Notes: generated by a model not told the origin, from the letters alone. 20,000 nt of DNA from an uncultured virus (IMG/VR IMGVR_UViG_3300030613_000009) (IMGVR_UViG_3300030613_000009:53974-73973); one strand, 5' to 3'. Counted from the first letter of the stretch, positions 1-9,534 are shown. Program-made: numbers and translations.

Positions 1-1
1 C

Positions 2-184
2 AAAACTTCATACACCGTAGAGCAGGTAAAGGCCGTAGACTGGTGTCGTTGTGGTAACTTGGATGTGGACCGAGACAGACTCATGGCCACAGCCGTAGAG
101 TTAAAGGCGGCGCTCGCCAGGGTCAGCGAGCTGGAGAAGGCTTTGGTCTTCATGTTATTTGAGAAAAAACCACGGGGCTCTTGA
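2..184 (+). CDS. Hypothetical protein, 5'-truncated by the window edge
   Basis: Frame 2 is open from the edge (KTSYTVEQVKAVDWCRC...LARVSELEKALVFMLFEKKPRGS*). Its TGA (182-184) lies inside the TTGACG of the next promoter. Confidence 0.6.
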   Translation, partial: KTSYTVEQVKAVDWCRCGNLDVDRDRLMATAVELKAALARVSELEKALVFMLFEKKPRGS

Positions 185-219
185 CGAAACCTCCTCCGAT
201 GGGTATTATTCCGCACATA
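181..219 (+). promoter_or_regulatory. Sigma70-like early promoter, leadered type
   Basis: TTGACG-17nt-TATTAT-7nt-ATA, followed by an AAGGAG SD before ATG 237. Confidence 0.8.
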
Positions 220-236
220 CGCAGCAAGGAGACACC

Positions 237-731
237 ATGAAGGTCTGGACCCCAGAATACACAAAATGGCTCGCATCTATTAAGGCTGGAGACTTGGTGG
301 CGTGCACGGATGCGCTCCTTCATGCGAACTTCACGCGCGAAACGTACGGGTATCGGATTCTAATGGTCCGCCACATCACACCCAAGCGAACCAGATTCGA
401 CTGCTTCGACCCTCTCGAGCATGACCCAGAACCCGGCCGCATCGGCTACCTCAACCCGGTTGTCTCTTTTGGCAAGGACGGGGGCCGAATCGTAGGTGAG
501 GGCTTCCGCCGCGAATCCTTCTTCATCGACCCCGTTACCCCGGAGGTCACCGCGTCTATCATCGACGACACCAAGACGGCCGAAGCTATCGAGTCATTAA
601 CGCACCTGGCTCGGAATATCGAAGAGCTACTGAAGAATCCATGGGGCCGCGACAGGAACCTGGTGCGTCAACTCGCCGCTGAGGCAGAAGTCATTCTTGG
701 TCTGTTTGAAGCAAACCGAAAGGTAGAGTGA
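237..731 (+). CDS. Hypothetical phage protein (164 aa)
   Basis: ORF 159..731 restarted at ATG 237, which has an AAGGAG SD and lies downstream of the promoter. Confidence 0.8.
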   Translation: MKVWTPEYTKWLASIKAGDLVACTDALLHANFTRETYGYRILMVRHITPKRTRFDCFDPLEHDPEPGRIGYLNPVVSFGKDGGRIVGEGFRRESFFIDPVTPEVTASIIDDTKTAEAIESLTHLARNIEELLKNPWGRDRNLVRQLAAEAEVILGLFEANRKVE

Positions 732-732
732 T

Positions 733-1623
733 ATGGGATACCTTCACATCAACAATTTGTCCAAGGACGGGCGCATCCTCCAGCTTTTTAAGCGTGTATA
801 CGCATGTGAGAAAGTGCATGGAACTAGCGCACACGTGCGATTCGCGGGTGGTAAAATCTATTTCTTCTCTGGTGGCGAGAAGCACGAAACCTTTGTTAAT
901 ATCTTTAACGCAGCGGACCTTCAGAAGGGGTTCGAGTGGGCCTTCCCTGAGCCCCCCACCAAGGTCGTAGTGTACGGGGAGGCCTACGGCGGCAAGATGC
1001 AGGGTATGAGTGGCACCTACGGCACGAGGGCACGCTTCATCGCCTTTGACATGGCTATCAACGACCGCTGGCTGCAGGTCGAACACGCCAAGCACCTGGC
1101 AGAAAGCCTCGGACTCGAATTCGTGGCCTTCAATCTGGTCGAATGCACCCAAGAGGCTCTGGACCATGAGCGGGACATCCCGTCGCGGATTGGCGTCCTC
1201 AACGCGCAGCGGGATGGGGTGGTCGATTACGTCCCGAAGCCTGCCGAGGGCGTTGTCATTCGCCCCACCATCGAGCTAGACTACCGGCCCGGGGATAGGA
1301 TTATCGCCAAGCACAAGCGCAGTGATTTCAGTGAGCGCAAGTCCAAGTCAGATACGAACCTCAACCCAGATAAGGCTCTGGAGTTGGCCACCGCAGAAGC
1401 TGTGGCTGAAGAGTTCGTGACAGAAATGAGATTGAGCCATGTCGTCGACCACCTCAAGGGAGACCTTGGGCGCGAACTGACCTTCGCGGACATCCCGGAA
1501 GTCATTGACGCCATGATGGAGGACGTGTTACGAGAAGGGGCCGGTGAAGTCGAGAATACCAAGCCCAACCGCAAGGCCATCGGTAACGCTACAGCCAAGA
1601 TGCTCAAAATGAGGACGCCATGA
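733..1623 (+). CDS. rnl2: RNA ligase, Rnl2 family
   Basis: Nucleotidyltransferase motifs I (EKVHGT), III (VYGEAYGG), IIIa (FIAFDM), IV (EGVVIRP) and V (IAKHKRSDFSE), plus a T4-Rnl2-like C-terminal segment (FVTEMRLSHV). Confidence 0.9.
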   Translation: MGYLHINNLSKDGRILQLFKRVYACEKVHGTSAHVRFAGGKIYFFSGGEKHETFVNIFNAADLQKGFEWAFPEPPTKVVVYGEAYGGKMQGMSGTYGTRARFIAFDMAINDRWLQVEHAKHLAESLGLEFVAFNLVECTQEALDHERDIPSRIGVLNAQRDGVVDYVPKPAEGVVIRPTIELDYRPGDRIIAKHKRSDFSERKSKSDTNLNPDKALELATAEAVAEEFVTEMRLSHVVDHLKGDLGRELTFADIPEVIDAMMEDVLREGAGEVENTKPNRKAIGNATAKMLKMRTP

Positions 1624-1925
1624 ATAACTATGCTATGTACCCAGAAGTCCGATTGACCATCGACAGCATGCGGCACACTATCATCAACCACATGGGCACG
1701 TTTTTCGACCAGCAGAAGGGGGCCATCAAGGAGGCGGTTGACCGGGCCGTCGAAGCCTTCGACTTCCAGGCAGAAGTCGCCAGGATTGTAGACGGAGAGG
1801 TCAAGAGACAGCTACAGGAGATGGCTCGCTTGGTGGTTCGGTCTGCCCTGTTCAAGCAAGAAGAGAAGTTCCTCAAGCTGGCGCAAGAAGCTCTTGTCGT
1901 TGCATTGAAGGATGGGGTACGATGA
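1620..1925 (+). CDS. Hypothetical helical protein
   Basis: ATGA overlap with the ligase stop; 101 aa. Confidence 0.8.
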   Translation: MNNYAMYPEVRLTIDSMRHTIINHMGTFFDQQKGAIKEAVDRAVEAFDFQAEVARIVDGEVKRQLQEMARLVVRSALFKQEEKFLKLAQEALVVALKDGVR

Positions 1926-2143
1926 GAATTCTGCAGATGATTGAAGAGGCTCAGGACCTGGTCGGGCGCACCAACGACCTACGCACCAGGCGACGCGCAC
2001 TTGACACTCTGACCAAGATGAGGCGAGACCCAGAGCAGCTATACTTCGCTGCACTTCGAATGACTACAGCCAAAGCACGCTTGGCTTTGGCAATGGCGTG
2101 TGAGCGAGAGCTGGTTCGACTCGAAAAGGGAGATGTGGTATGA
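1922..2143 (+). CDS. Hypothetical protein
   Basis: ATGA overlaps at both ends. Confidence 0.75.
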   Translation: MRILQMIEEAQDLVGRTNDLRTRRRALDTLTKMRRDPEQLYFAALRMTTAKARLALAMACERELVRLEKGDVV

Positions 2144-2322
2144 CACGAGAAGAACGATACGCAGCAGTCATCGAAGAGGTTTTGGACATTCTCCTGGAAT
2201 CTGGCAATGGCGACTTAGATGACGCCATACGGCTGCTTTTCTGGGCTCAGGACGGGTACGCCCATCGGAAGTCTCCAGACGGACGTTGGGTGACTTCGTG
2301 GTTGCCGTCAGATGAGCCATAG
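2140..2322 (+). CDS. Hypothetical protein
   Basis: ATGA overlap with the previous gene and a GGGAG SD. Confidence 0.7.
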   Translation: MTREERYAAVIEEVLDILLESGNGDLDDAIRLLFWAQDGYAHRKSPDGRWVTSWLPSDEP

Positions 2323-2330
2323 GAGAAAGA

Positions 2331-2525
2331 ATGACAACGACCGACGAAAAGGCTATGATGGACGCAGAAGACGCCGCTAGGTCGCTAGAGGCGTTAAAGC
2401 GCTTCAGGCCGCGCTGGATTCTCGCTTGGCGGTTCGTCCAGGACGAGCTGTGTTTGGACACTCCTGAAATGAAGGATGTCTTGGCTGTGTATGACCGAAT
2501 TAGAGACCTGGAGGAAACACGATGA
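2331..2525 (+). CDS. Hypothetical protein
   Basis: AGGAG SD upstream; ATGA overlap with the next gene. Confidence 0.75.
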   Translation: MTTTDEKAMMDAEDAARSLEALKRFRPRWILAWRFVQDELCLDTPEMKDVLAVYDRIRDLEETR

Positions 2526-2752
2526 CCGAGCAAGACCTTATCGAAACCCTAGACTATCGCATTGAGGCCGCCTTGGCTATTATTCAATGCTATGGATGCG
2601 ACGACGGACCCCACAATAAGCAGTGGGTGCTCGACCAGGTGGTCCGCCAGCTTGTGTCAAGTCCTGAGGACTACAAGCAGTGGGTAGCCGAAACCAAGGC
2701 CGGAGAAGATGGACCAGACACATACGAGTGGGACGAAGGGGTTGCACCATGA
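2522..2752 (+). CDS. Conserved small phage hypothetical protein
   Basis: GGAGG SD. The pattern YGxxDGxHxKQWVLDQVVR...GEDGPDTYEWDEGxAP is one I recall from many phage hypothetical proteins. Confidence 0.85.
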   Translation: MTEQDLIETLDYRIEAALAIIQCYGCDDGPHNKQWVLDQVVRQLVSSPEDYKQWVAETKAGEDGPDTYEWDEGVAP

Positions 2753-3408
2753 CCGATAAATTTTCCATTGCGTGTGAAGACTGCGCGTTTGATGGCGCCT
2801 ATGGTCGCGAAATATCACGACCATGCCCCGATGGGTGCCCCACCTCCGTCGAGGAGTCCAAGAGACTATTGGCATCCGCCCAAGGGCGCTCCAAGTACGA
2901 TATCCGGCCCGTCGCCGACGACCCGACACGTTCTACGTGCGAAGGCACCACAAACGGGACCGGGGCTTCTGACGTTTGCGTGAAGGTCGGTACGCCGGTA
3001 GCTCTGTCTTCTGGTGAAGTCCGAGCCGTGTCGAAGACGGGAGGCGCGAAGGGCACCAAGCCAGCCCAATACGCTCTGATTCCTACATGGCCCTTGCGCG
3101 CGCTGGCTGTCCTCTTCGGTAAAGGCAACTCCAAGTACCCTAAGCCTGATGGCACGTTGGGAGGACCAGACGAGCAAAACTGGATGAAGGGCTACCCGTG
3201 GAGCTATTCCATCAGCGCTTTGATGCGACACCTGGAGGATTGGCGTGAAGGGGAGAAAGAAACCCCCCAGAATCCGCCCGGCGAGCCACAAGACCCCACC
3301 GCTGGAACACACCCACTTATTTCGGTTGCGTGGCATTGCTTCACTTTGTATACCTTCGAGAAGTTCGGGCTCGGCACCGATGACCGTGTGAAGGCCCCGA
3401 AGCCGTGA
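2749..3408 (+). CDS. dATP/dGTP diphosphohydrolase domain protein (DUF5664-like) with Cys-rich N-terminal extension
   Basis: TGGAKGTKPAQYALIP...LFGKGNSKY...NWMKGYPWS...ALMRHLEDWREGE...HPLISVAWH matches the DUF5664 pattern. Start set at ATG 2749 (ATGA overlap). Confidence 0.8.
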   Translation: MTDKFSIACEDCAFDGAYGREISRPCPDGCPTSVEESKRLLASAQGRSKYDIRPVADDPTRSTCEGTTNGTGASDVCVKVGTPVALSSGEVRAVSKTGGAKGTKPAQYALIPTWPLRALAVLFGKGNSKYPKPDGTLGGPDEQNWMKGYPWSYSISALMRHLEDWREGEKETPQNPPGEPQDPTAGTHPLISVAWHCFTLYTFEKFGLGTDDRVKAPKP

Positions 3409-3662
3409 AAAAGGGTCTGTCAGCCAAAGTGGGACTGGCAATGACGCCGATTGGCGACCTAGAGGAAGATATGCTAGCACTAAACAACACAGTGAAGATA
3501 ATTAACCCGGACAGTTCCTTTCACAACAGGAAGGGCCGTATCTCGGATTTTCCCAAGAGCTGGTGCGTGGAAGTGAGCATCTCAGACTGGAATAATATGT
3601 ACTCGGACGACAACCGCGTACTATTCCAATTCCACGAAGTGCAGTGGGTCCGAGACCTATGA
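3405..3662 (+). CDS. Hypothetical protein, possible KOW/SH3-like barrel
   Basis: GTGA overlap; alternative start at ATG 3471 with GAGGA SD. VKIINPDSSFHNRKGRI resembles a KOW motif. Confidence 0.65.
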   Translation: MKKGLSAKVGLAMTPIGDLEEDMLALNNTVKIINPDSSFHNRKGRISDFPKSWCVEVSISDWNNMYSDDNRVLFQFHEVQWVRDL

Positions 3663-3862
3663 GTCCCGTGGAAATCCACCCAGGAGCCCCGAACTCGCCT
3701 CTGCCGACCGACATCAAAGACGCATGGGATGAAATCCTAGCACTGCGGTCAATCCTCATCCGCGAGCGTGAGGCACACGTAGCCCTCGTCGAGCGATACG
3801 AACTCGCTCGACGGTCTATGCGTACGATGTGCCTGAAGCTGGAGCAGGCGCTTAAGGGTTAG
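3659..3862 (+). CDS. Hypothetical coiled-coil protein, last gene of the + operon
   Basis: ATG 3659 overlaps the previous TGA. Its stop overlaps the convergent gene's stop (TTAG 3859-3862). Confidence 0.7.
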   Translation: MSPVEIHPGAPNSPLPTDIKDAWDEILALRSILIREREAHVALVERYELARRSMRTMCLKLEQALKG

Positions 3863-4935
3863 GCTATCACCCGGTAGACTTCTCGCCACAAACATCTAGC
3901 AGGAGAGGGAGCTTCGTAGTTAGCCATCAAATGTAGATGGTCGCCAGGCTTAATTACTATCGAAGCGGTGGTCAATACGACACCAGAAAAGTGCGTCGTG
4001 TCGTCATCGCTATAGATGGTTAGGTTGCCTGTATAGCTCGGACCGAGGGAGCTTTGGATATGTACTTCATATCCATTCGCGTAGCTGACTTCGATTACGG
4101 GCCCTGTAATCGCGTCGTCGTCCAGGGTGACGTCTGTGGTTAATAGCGTGGTAAAAACTACCCTAGATGGGTTCAATCCAGCAAGAGCTGCGTCTGTCAA
4201 TCTAGAGGTGGCGTCCGATACGGTCACTTCCGAAACAAATGACCCTGACGAGCCGAGCAGTTGACTTACGTTTGCTGCGTCGGTAGCGCTAACACCAGCC
4301 GCCACTCCAGTTATTGCCTGGCTGTTGAGGGCGATACCTGCGCTGAAGGTCTTGACGCCGGCGAAGGTTTGGGCCCCGGTCGTTACTCCACCAGGGTTCG
4401 TTGCGTCGGCTGGCTGTAGCGTTAGAGTCGTTCCAGCAATAGAACCGCCGTTTGCGTTTGGAGTCGAGCCAAAGGCGCCCATCGTGTCTACGCCGCCACC
4501 CCCACCACCACTGCCGCCAGCTCCTTCGTTGTCATAGATGACGTCGATACGGTCAGTGGCCGACAGCTCGTACCCAGCAATCGAGCCATTCCAATACAAC
4601 TGGTCCCCGGCAGTCAAAGCGCCGTAGGCTCGTGCGGTCGCGCCGCTGTCGCCCGACATATAACAAGCTTTGGTCTTGACGCCGTCTCCCATTTCAACGC
4701 CAGCTCCGTTGACCTGTACTTCAACCCATGCCGTGATAGTCGCCGCAAGTGTAGTGGCTGTAGCTAGCTGGCCATCGGCCGTAGTGATGCTGGCGACCAT
4801 ATCTCGGTTAGAGACCGAGAGTCCACCAGCTAGGTTGGAGTCGCCGGGCTCGTATTTGCCGGTTGTGTCGTTCCAGGTCACCACTTGACCCTGCGTTGCG
4901 CCGTCTTGTCCGAGTTGCTTTAGTGGTAGTCGCAT
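3859..4935 (-). CDS. Putative virion fibre/appendage protein (358 aa)
   Basis: KQL-type N-terminus, CYMSGD module, poly-Gly linker, GSTPNANG/QPAD module and DAANVSQL fibre motif. AAGGA SD. Confidence 0.8.
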   Translation of the reverse strand: MRLPLKQLGQDGATQGQVVTWNDTTGKYEPGDSNLAGGLSVSNRDMVASITTADGQLATATTLAATITAWVEVQVNGAGVEMGDGVKTKACYMSGDSGATARAYGALTAGDQLYWNGSIAGYELSATDRIDVIYDNEGAGGSGGGGGGVDTMGAFGSTPNANGGSIAGTTLTLQPADATNPGGVTTGAQTFAGVKTFSAGIALNSQAITGVAAGVSATDAANVSQLLGSSGSFVSEVTVSDATSRLTDAALAGLNPSRVVFTTLLTTDVTLDDDAITGPVIEVSYANGYEVHIQSSLGPSYTGNLTIYSDDDTTHFSGVVLTTASIVIKPGDHLHLMANYEAPSPARCLWREVYRVIA

Positions 4936-4950
4936 TATTGTTTTCCTTTG

Positions 4951-4963
4951 AATCTTAGATTAC
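4951..4963 (-). promoter_or_regulatory. Putative late promoter motif (GTAATCTAAGATT)
   Basis: Intergenic and upstream of the 4935 start; the motif recurs before four other minus-strand genes. Confidence 0.65.
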
Positions 4964-4971
4964 GGGATGGT

Positions 4972-5904
4972 TTAGCTGCTAATCCATGGGGCTAGGAGTG
5001 AGGTCACCATCCAACTGAAACCAGTATTGCCTGAGGCTGCAGATGAAAGGTTAACCGTAAACGAGCCGGCTGCCCTCGTAACCCAACTACGCGCTGCGCC
5101 GTGGTCGCCTAGCCAAGTAATAAGTATATGCGAACTAGTTGTAGCGAAGGATGTAGTTATTGTCGTCGTCGTACCTCCTGATGCGATAGCGTTTATGCCT
5201 ACCGGAGCGTATTCGCTTTGAATGGCGGGGTCGCTTGAGCTGTCGCGCCCATATCTGGCAATCATGCCATCAGTACGAATCTCAGTGGAATTGTGGACGT
5301 AGTCGGCATCTGCTACCCAAGCCGATGATATTACATTGCAAGCAGTCTTGGTGACAGAGAGGTATTCGACCTCCGTGGTCCCGGTGATGTTTGTTCTTAC
5401 AGAGAATAGCTTAGCTGCGGCATCGCACTCAGCATCGGTCCCTGAAGAGCCTGCCCTCACACATATGTCGCTTGCGCCCGAGCCTAAGTTTGTGTAAATC
5501 GATACGCGCCCGCCGTCGCCCAGCCCAGCGGTATTCAAGAGCACTGGGGAGCTGACGCTTTCGGAGACCAATGCTTGAAACGTTTTAGTGCCATACGGCA
5601 TTATCTGGTTGCCGGCGGACACCCCGCCCGGATACCATGGGCCGGAAGGGTAGGTGCCTGCGGCTGGCTGTAGATACAGTACGCCCGCCGTAATTGTCCC
5701 ACCGTTGGCATTTGGGGTTGACCCAAATGAGCCCATCGTGGTACCGCCAGATCCACCACCAGCAGCGACCCAACCAACATCTGTTCGGAACTTGAGGAGA
5801 TGCTCGGTCGAGTCATAATATACTTGACCTTCTGTGGGCGTGCCTGGAGCCGCACCTGGAGCGAAGATTTCGCCGTTAGACGTTTCGACGTTACGATTAG
5901 CCAT
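4972..5904 (-). CDS. Putative virion fibre/appendage protein (310 aa)
   Basis: APGTPTEGQVYYDS fibre motif, GSTPNANG module, GASDICV module and shared C-terminal DHGAARSW domain. Confidence 0.8.
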   Translation of the reverse strand: MANRNVETSNGEIFAPGAAPGTPTEGQVYYDSTEHLLKFRTDVGWVAAGGGSGGTTMGSFGSTPNANGGTITAGVLYLQPAAGTYPSGPWYPGGVSAGNQIMPYGTKTFQALVSESVSSPVLLNTAGLGDGGRVSIYTNLGSGASDICVRAGSSGTDAECDAAAKLFSVRTNITGTTEVEYLSVTKTACNVISSAWVADADYVHNSTEIRTDGMIARYGRDSSSDPAIQSEYAPVGINAIASGGTTTTITTSFATTSSHILITWLGDHGAARSWVTRAAGSFTVNLSSAASGNTGFSWMVTSLLAPWISS

Positions 5905-5905
5905 A

Positions 5906-6112
5906 TTATTCTACCTTTGGCAACGGGAGTGACTCTAGGAACTTGTCGAAGTCTGGGTCGCTTTCGGCGTAAGCGGCCGGTGCGCTAGTGATTAGGACGT
6001 CTAGCTTGGCTGCGTACGACTGGAATAAATTGATTGCATCGCCAACTTTGGAGCGTAGGTCCTGCTTGGAGGTGGCTGTTGCAATCATGGTAGCGAGTAG
6101 TTGTGATGGCAT
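5906..6112 (-). CDS. Small helical protein between fibre genes (possible assembly chaperone)
   Basis: 68 aa, fills the gap between the two flanking genes, AAGGT SD. Function inferred from position only. Confidence 0.65.
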   Translation of the reverse strand: MPSQLLATMIATATSKQDLRSKVGDAINLFQSYAAKLDVLITSAPAAYAESDPDFDKFLESLPLPKVE

Positions 6113-6123
6113 AATTTAGTACC

Positions 6124-7998
6124 TTATAGGATTGCGGAGACTTCCCAGCCAAACGACGTGTCGGCGGTAGCGGCCGAAGAAAGAGTGACAGTGAACGAGC
6201 CAGCGGCACGGGCCACCCAAGACCTGGTAGCACCATGGTCACTATACCAAGTGATTGTGACGCGGCTAGTAGCAGTGGTGAGGGAGTTATTGATTTGGCA
6301 TGTGGTTTGGCCCGAAGCGATTGCAGAAACGCCTGTGGGCTTGTTGATTGTGGCTGCACCGGGGGTACCAGAAGAGTCGGTGCCTGATTGGTCGATGCGG
6401 CCGGCTGAAGATATAGCCGCCTTCTCTACCTCAGTCCCACCGACACCGGTCCGAAGGCTGAGCAGCTTGGCTGTGGCATTGACCGAAGCGTCTGCTGTGG
6501 TAGTGCCGACCTTAAGACAAAGGTCCGAGGCTCCAGTGCCGTTCTGGCCGAATAAATTGAGACCAGTGGAGGTATGAGTATAGATAGTGTCGCACTGAAG
6601 GTTTAGACCGGTCGAGACTTCGCAGTAAGTCGCAAAATGGATGACCGTTCCTTCTGTCCAGATGGTCGGTCCTGGGGTGACGCCTGTGCTCGACGGCTGG
6701 AGCCGTAGGGAGCCGATAGAAAGCCCTAACTTATCGACTAACAGCTTCTCTACTTCAGTCCCGCCGATGCCGGTCCGAACGCTAAATAGCTTGGCTGTTG
6801 CATTGACTGAGCCGTCCGCTACCGAGCTTCCGATCTTGACACAAATATCAGAGGCGCCGGTCCCGTTCGTGTTGTAAATGGTCGGGGATATAATATTAGA
6901 GAAGGTCTTGGTTCCGGCAAAGGTCTGAGCTGCGGTACTGACCCCACCTGGGTAAGTACCATCGGCAGGCTGTAGGGTTATGGCCTGTGTGCTGAGTGAA
7001 GCACCGTTGGCGTTAGGCGTCGAACCAAACGCACCGAGCGTCACGTCACCCGAGTTGGTTCCAGACTGGTTTCCGAGGTTGGTAAACCCGGCCGCAGTCA
7101 TAATACCTGGGTTAGACGCGTCGGCGAGGCTGAGGTGCAGTACCTGACTTGAAATACTAGCGCCATTGGCCTGAGCTGTAGTTGTGGTTCCAACCGTTAC
7201 GTCACCCGAGTTGGTTCCAGAAGTATTGCCGATGACTGTCTTTTGTGCGTCGGTGCAATACCTAGCGTTGGTCGAGTCAGCAATGTCTGCGGTTGTAGCT
7301 GCGGCACCTGCAGTTACGAGGCCCTTTGCATCGTAGGTGATTTTGGTATTGGTGCCAGCGGTGATGGCCGCATTCTTAACCACCAAGCCGGATAGGTCTT
7401 GGTCGCCTGTATTTGAGCCAGACAGGTTAGAGGCTGCTACGGTTCCAGCGAAGGTAGCTGCGGTTTTGTTGATGCTGAAGTACTCAGTTTCCGTCGCGTC
7501 GAGTCCGGCCCGCACACTGAATAACTTGGCTGTGGCGTGCACCGATGCTGCAGCAACACTCGAACCGGCCCTAACACAAACGTCTGAGGCGCCAGCCCCG
7601 AGTCCGCCGTAGAGCCGAGCGCCGGTAGGGCCCAACATCAACCGTTGAGAACTACCTCCGGCCGTAGTTAGGCTTGTGTCTGCCGTTCCGGCTAGTAGAG
7701 CGAGTACGCCACCGCCACCCCACCCTGGCCCGTAGAAATAGCCGCTGCCGGTGGTTACTGTACCGTAGACGTCAATAAAAAAGGGGATAGCCGCGCCGTT
7801 GCCAGTGACCAGCTCCAGCAAGCGGGTAGTTGGGTCCATGTCTCCAACAGCGGTGGAGGTGCCCATCCTAATCATAACTTCGTCAGCAAAGCCTAGGGCG
7901 GATGTTCGAAAGCCCCACTTGCCAGTGTATCCATCGTAGATGGGAACACTGCCGTGGGTTGCGCCAGACGGACCAAGCTGTTTCAAGTCTGATTTCAT
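6124..7998 (-). CDS. Putative tail-fibre-like mosaic protein (624 aa)
   Basis: KQL N-terminus, three GASD[VIL]C repeats, ITYDAKGLVTAG fibre repeat, GSTPNANG module and C-terminal DHGATRSW domain. Confidence 0.85.
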   Translation of the reverse strand: MKSDLKQLGPSGATHGSVPIYDGYTGKWGFRTSALGFADEVMIRMGTSTAVGDMDPTTRLLELVTGNGAAIPFFIDVYGTVTTGSGYFYGPGWGGGGVLALLAGTADTSLTTAGGSSQRLMLGPTGARLYGGLGAGASDVCVRAGSSVAAASVHATAKLFSVRAGLDATETEYFSINKTAATFAGTVAASNLSGSNTGDQDLSGLVVKNAAITAGTNTKITYDAKGLVTAGAAATTADIADSTNARYCTDAQKTVIGNTSGTNSGDVTVGTTTTAQANGASISSQVLHLSLADASNPGIMTAAGFTNLGNQSGTNSGDVTLGAFGSTPNANGASLSTQAITLQPADGTYPGGVSTAAQTFAGTKTFSNIISPTIYNTNGTGASDICVKIGSSVADGSVNATAKLFSVRTGIGGTEVEKLLVDKLGLSIGSLRLQPSSTGVTPGPTIWTEGTVIHFATYCEVSTGLNLQCDTIYTHTSTGLNLFGQNGTGASDLCLKVGTTTADASVNATAKLLSLRTGVGGTEVEKAAISSAGRIDQSGTDSSGTPGAATINKPTGVSAIASGQTTCQINNSLTTATSRVTITWYSDHGATRSWVARAAGSFTVTLSSAATADTSFGWEVSAIL

Positions 7999-8024
7999 TC
8001 ATTGCCCCAGTCTGTAAAGCACGC

Positions 8025-8110
8025 CCAACCTTTGAAGATTGGCCCGACACCGTTTGTTGGATGCCGAGGCGCCACGCGCGTGTTGGGTTGCAAACCGTTA
8101 GTCTGCAACC
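8025..8110 (-). other. Intergenic triple stem-loop (candidate cis-regulatory RNA or terminator)
   Basis: Three hairpins (8086-8110, 8043-8068, 8025-8042) whose non-Watson-Crick positions are all G-U on the minus strand. Confidence 0.45.
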
Positions 8111-8127
8111 ATTACCAGCTTACCACA

Positions 8128-9450
8128 TTATGGCATGAACATTACGTCAACCACATCGGAGGCCGCGAGCTGATACCCAGCAACGCTGCCAACCCAGTGT
8201 AGAGTGTCACCAGATGCAATCGCCGCGAAGGTGCGTGCGGTGGTTCCGGCGTCGCCAGAGAAGTAGCAATCGCTGGTCTTGTTGCCGGAGCCGACCCACT
8301 GCTTCATGCCGTTGACGAATACTGCAACTTCGCCACCGTGTGTGTTGGTTGCGCTGACGGTGGTCGTCATTGCCTGGTCGAAGTCCGTGGTGGTCACAGA
8401 CGCGGTGAGGTGGCGCATGCCCGTGGCAAGTGCCTGGTCGCCTGTGTTGGTACCAGTGATTGCAGCGAGCTTGCTGAAGTCGGCTGCGACCATGAGACCG
8501 GGGTTGGTTGCATCAGCGACGCTCAGGTGAAGAACCTGGCTCGAGATGCTAGCACCGTTGGCTTGTGCGGTTGTGGTGGTTCCAACCGTTACATCGCCGC
8601 TGTTCGTGCCGCTGGTGTTACCGATTACAACGAGCTGTGCGTCAGTGACGTACCGAGCGTTGGTGCTGTCGGCGATGTCTGCGGTTGTTGCAGCGCTGCC
8701 GGCAGTGACGAGGCCCTTTGCGTCGTAGGTGATTTTGGTATTGGTGCCAGCGGTGATGGCTGCGTTCTCGTCGACCTTACCGTCGAGGGCAGTCTGTAGG
8801 TCAGTCTGGTTCGAGAGAGTCCCTGTGATGCTACCCCATGCGGCCGCAGCAGCTTGTGAAAGCTGGCTGAAGCTGAGTGAGGTTGTGTTGAGGGTGATGG
8901 GGTCAGGAGTTACAAGGACCCAGCCCTTGAGGCCGTTCGCGGTACCTTCAACTGCGAAGGTGTACATACCCGACGTAACTTCGGCGTCGCTATTGGCGTC
9001 GGGAGCACGGGTAAGGACGAAGGCTGTTCCGCCATCTCCAAGCGTGGTTACTTCGTAGATACCGTTGTCAGCTCCGGCTGCGCCGTTCTTCAAGAGCAAG
9101 CGCTTCTTGTTGGTGACGTCGAGGGTAACGCCGTCGATTGCAGGGAGAGCGCCGGCTGCATCTGCCGTGATGACGTTGCCAACACGCGTGTACGCAGGAA
9201 GAGCTGCGGCCGTTACTGCCGATACTGAAGCCTTGGGGTCTAGACCTGACGCAACTGCGTCAACATACGTCTTGTTGACGGCCGAAGTCGCCGTAAGTGG
9301 CGTCGTGGGTAGGATGATGTCGCCAGTGCCGCTGACTGTGATTACGCCCGAGCTAAGTGCACGAGCGCCATCTGTGGTAAGTACAGTGCTGTCGACCTTA
9401 GCCGAAGTGACTGTACCATTCTTGAGTTGTTTGCCGTCTAGAGTAGCCAT
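8128..9450 (-). CDS. Putative fibre/head-decoration protein (440 aa)
   Basis: Contains a phage fibre domain I recognise as widespread (AVNKTYVD...GLDPKASV...IDGVTL...RLLLKN...NGIYEV...LTRAPDA...EGTANG), a WGSITGTLSNQTDL module and a C-terminal CYFSGD module. Confidence 0.85.
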   Translation of the reverse strand: MATLDGKQLKNGTVTSAKVDSTVLTTDGARALSSGVITVSGTGDIILPTTPLTATSAVNKTYVDAVASGLDPKASVSAVTAAALPAYTRVGNVITADAAGALPAIDGVTLDVTNKKRLLLKNGAAGADNGIYEVTTLGDGGTAFVLTRAPDANSDAEVTSGMYTFAVEGTANGLKGWVLVTPDPITLNTTSLSFSQLSQAAAAAWGSITGTLSNQTDLQTALDGKVDENAAITAGTNTKITYDAKGLVTAGSAATTADIADSTNARYVTDAQLVVIGNTSGTNSGDVTVGTTTTAQANGASISSQVLHLSVADATNPGLMVAADFSKLAAITGTNTGDQALATGMRHLTASVTTTDFDQAMTTTVSATNTHGGEVAVFVNGMKQWVGSGNKTSDCYFSGDAGTTARTFAAIASGDTLHWVGSVAGYQLAASDVVDVMFMP

Positions 9451-9534
9451 TGACTATTCCCCTATTGTATTGCGCCAAAGTGTGGTATGATGCAACCGAC
9501 GCCTGCTGCACCACGATGGTTTTACTGTCTACGA

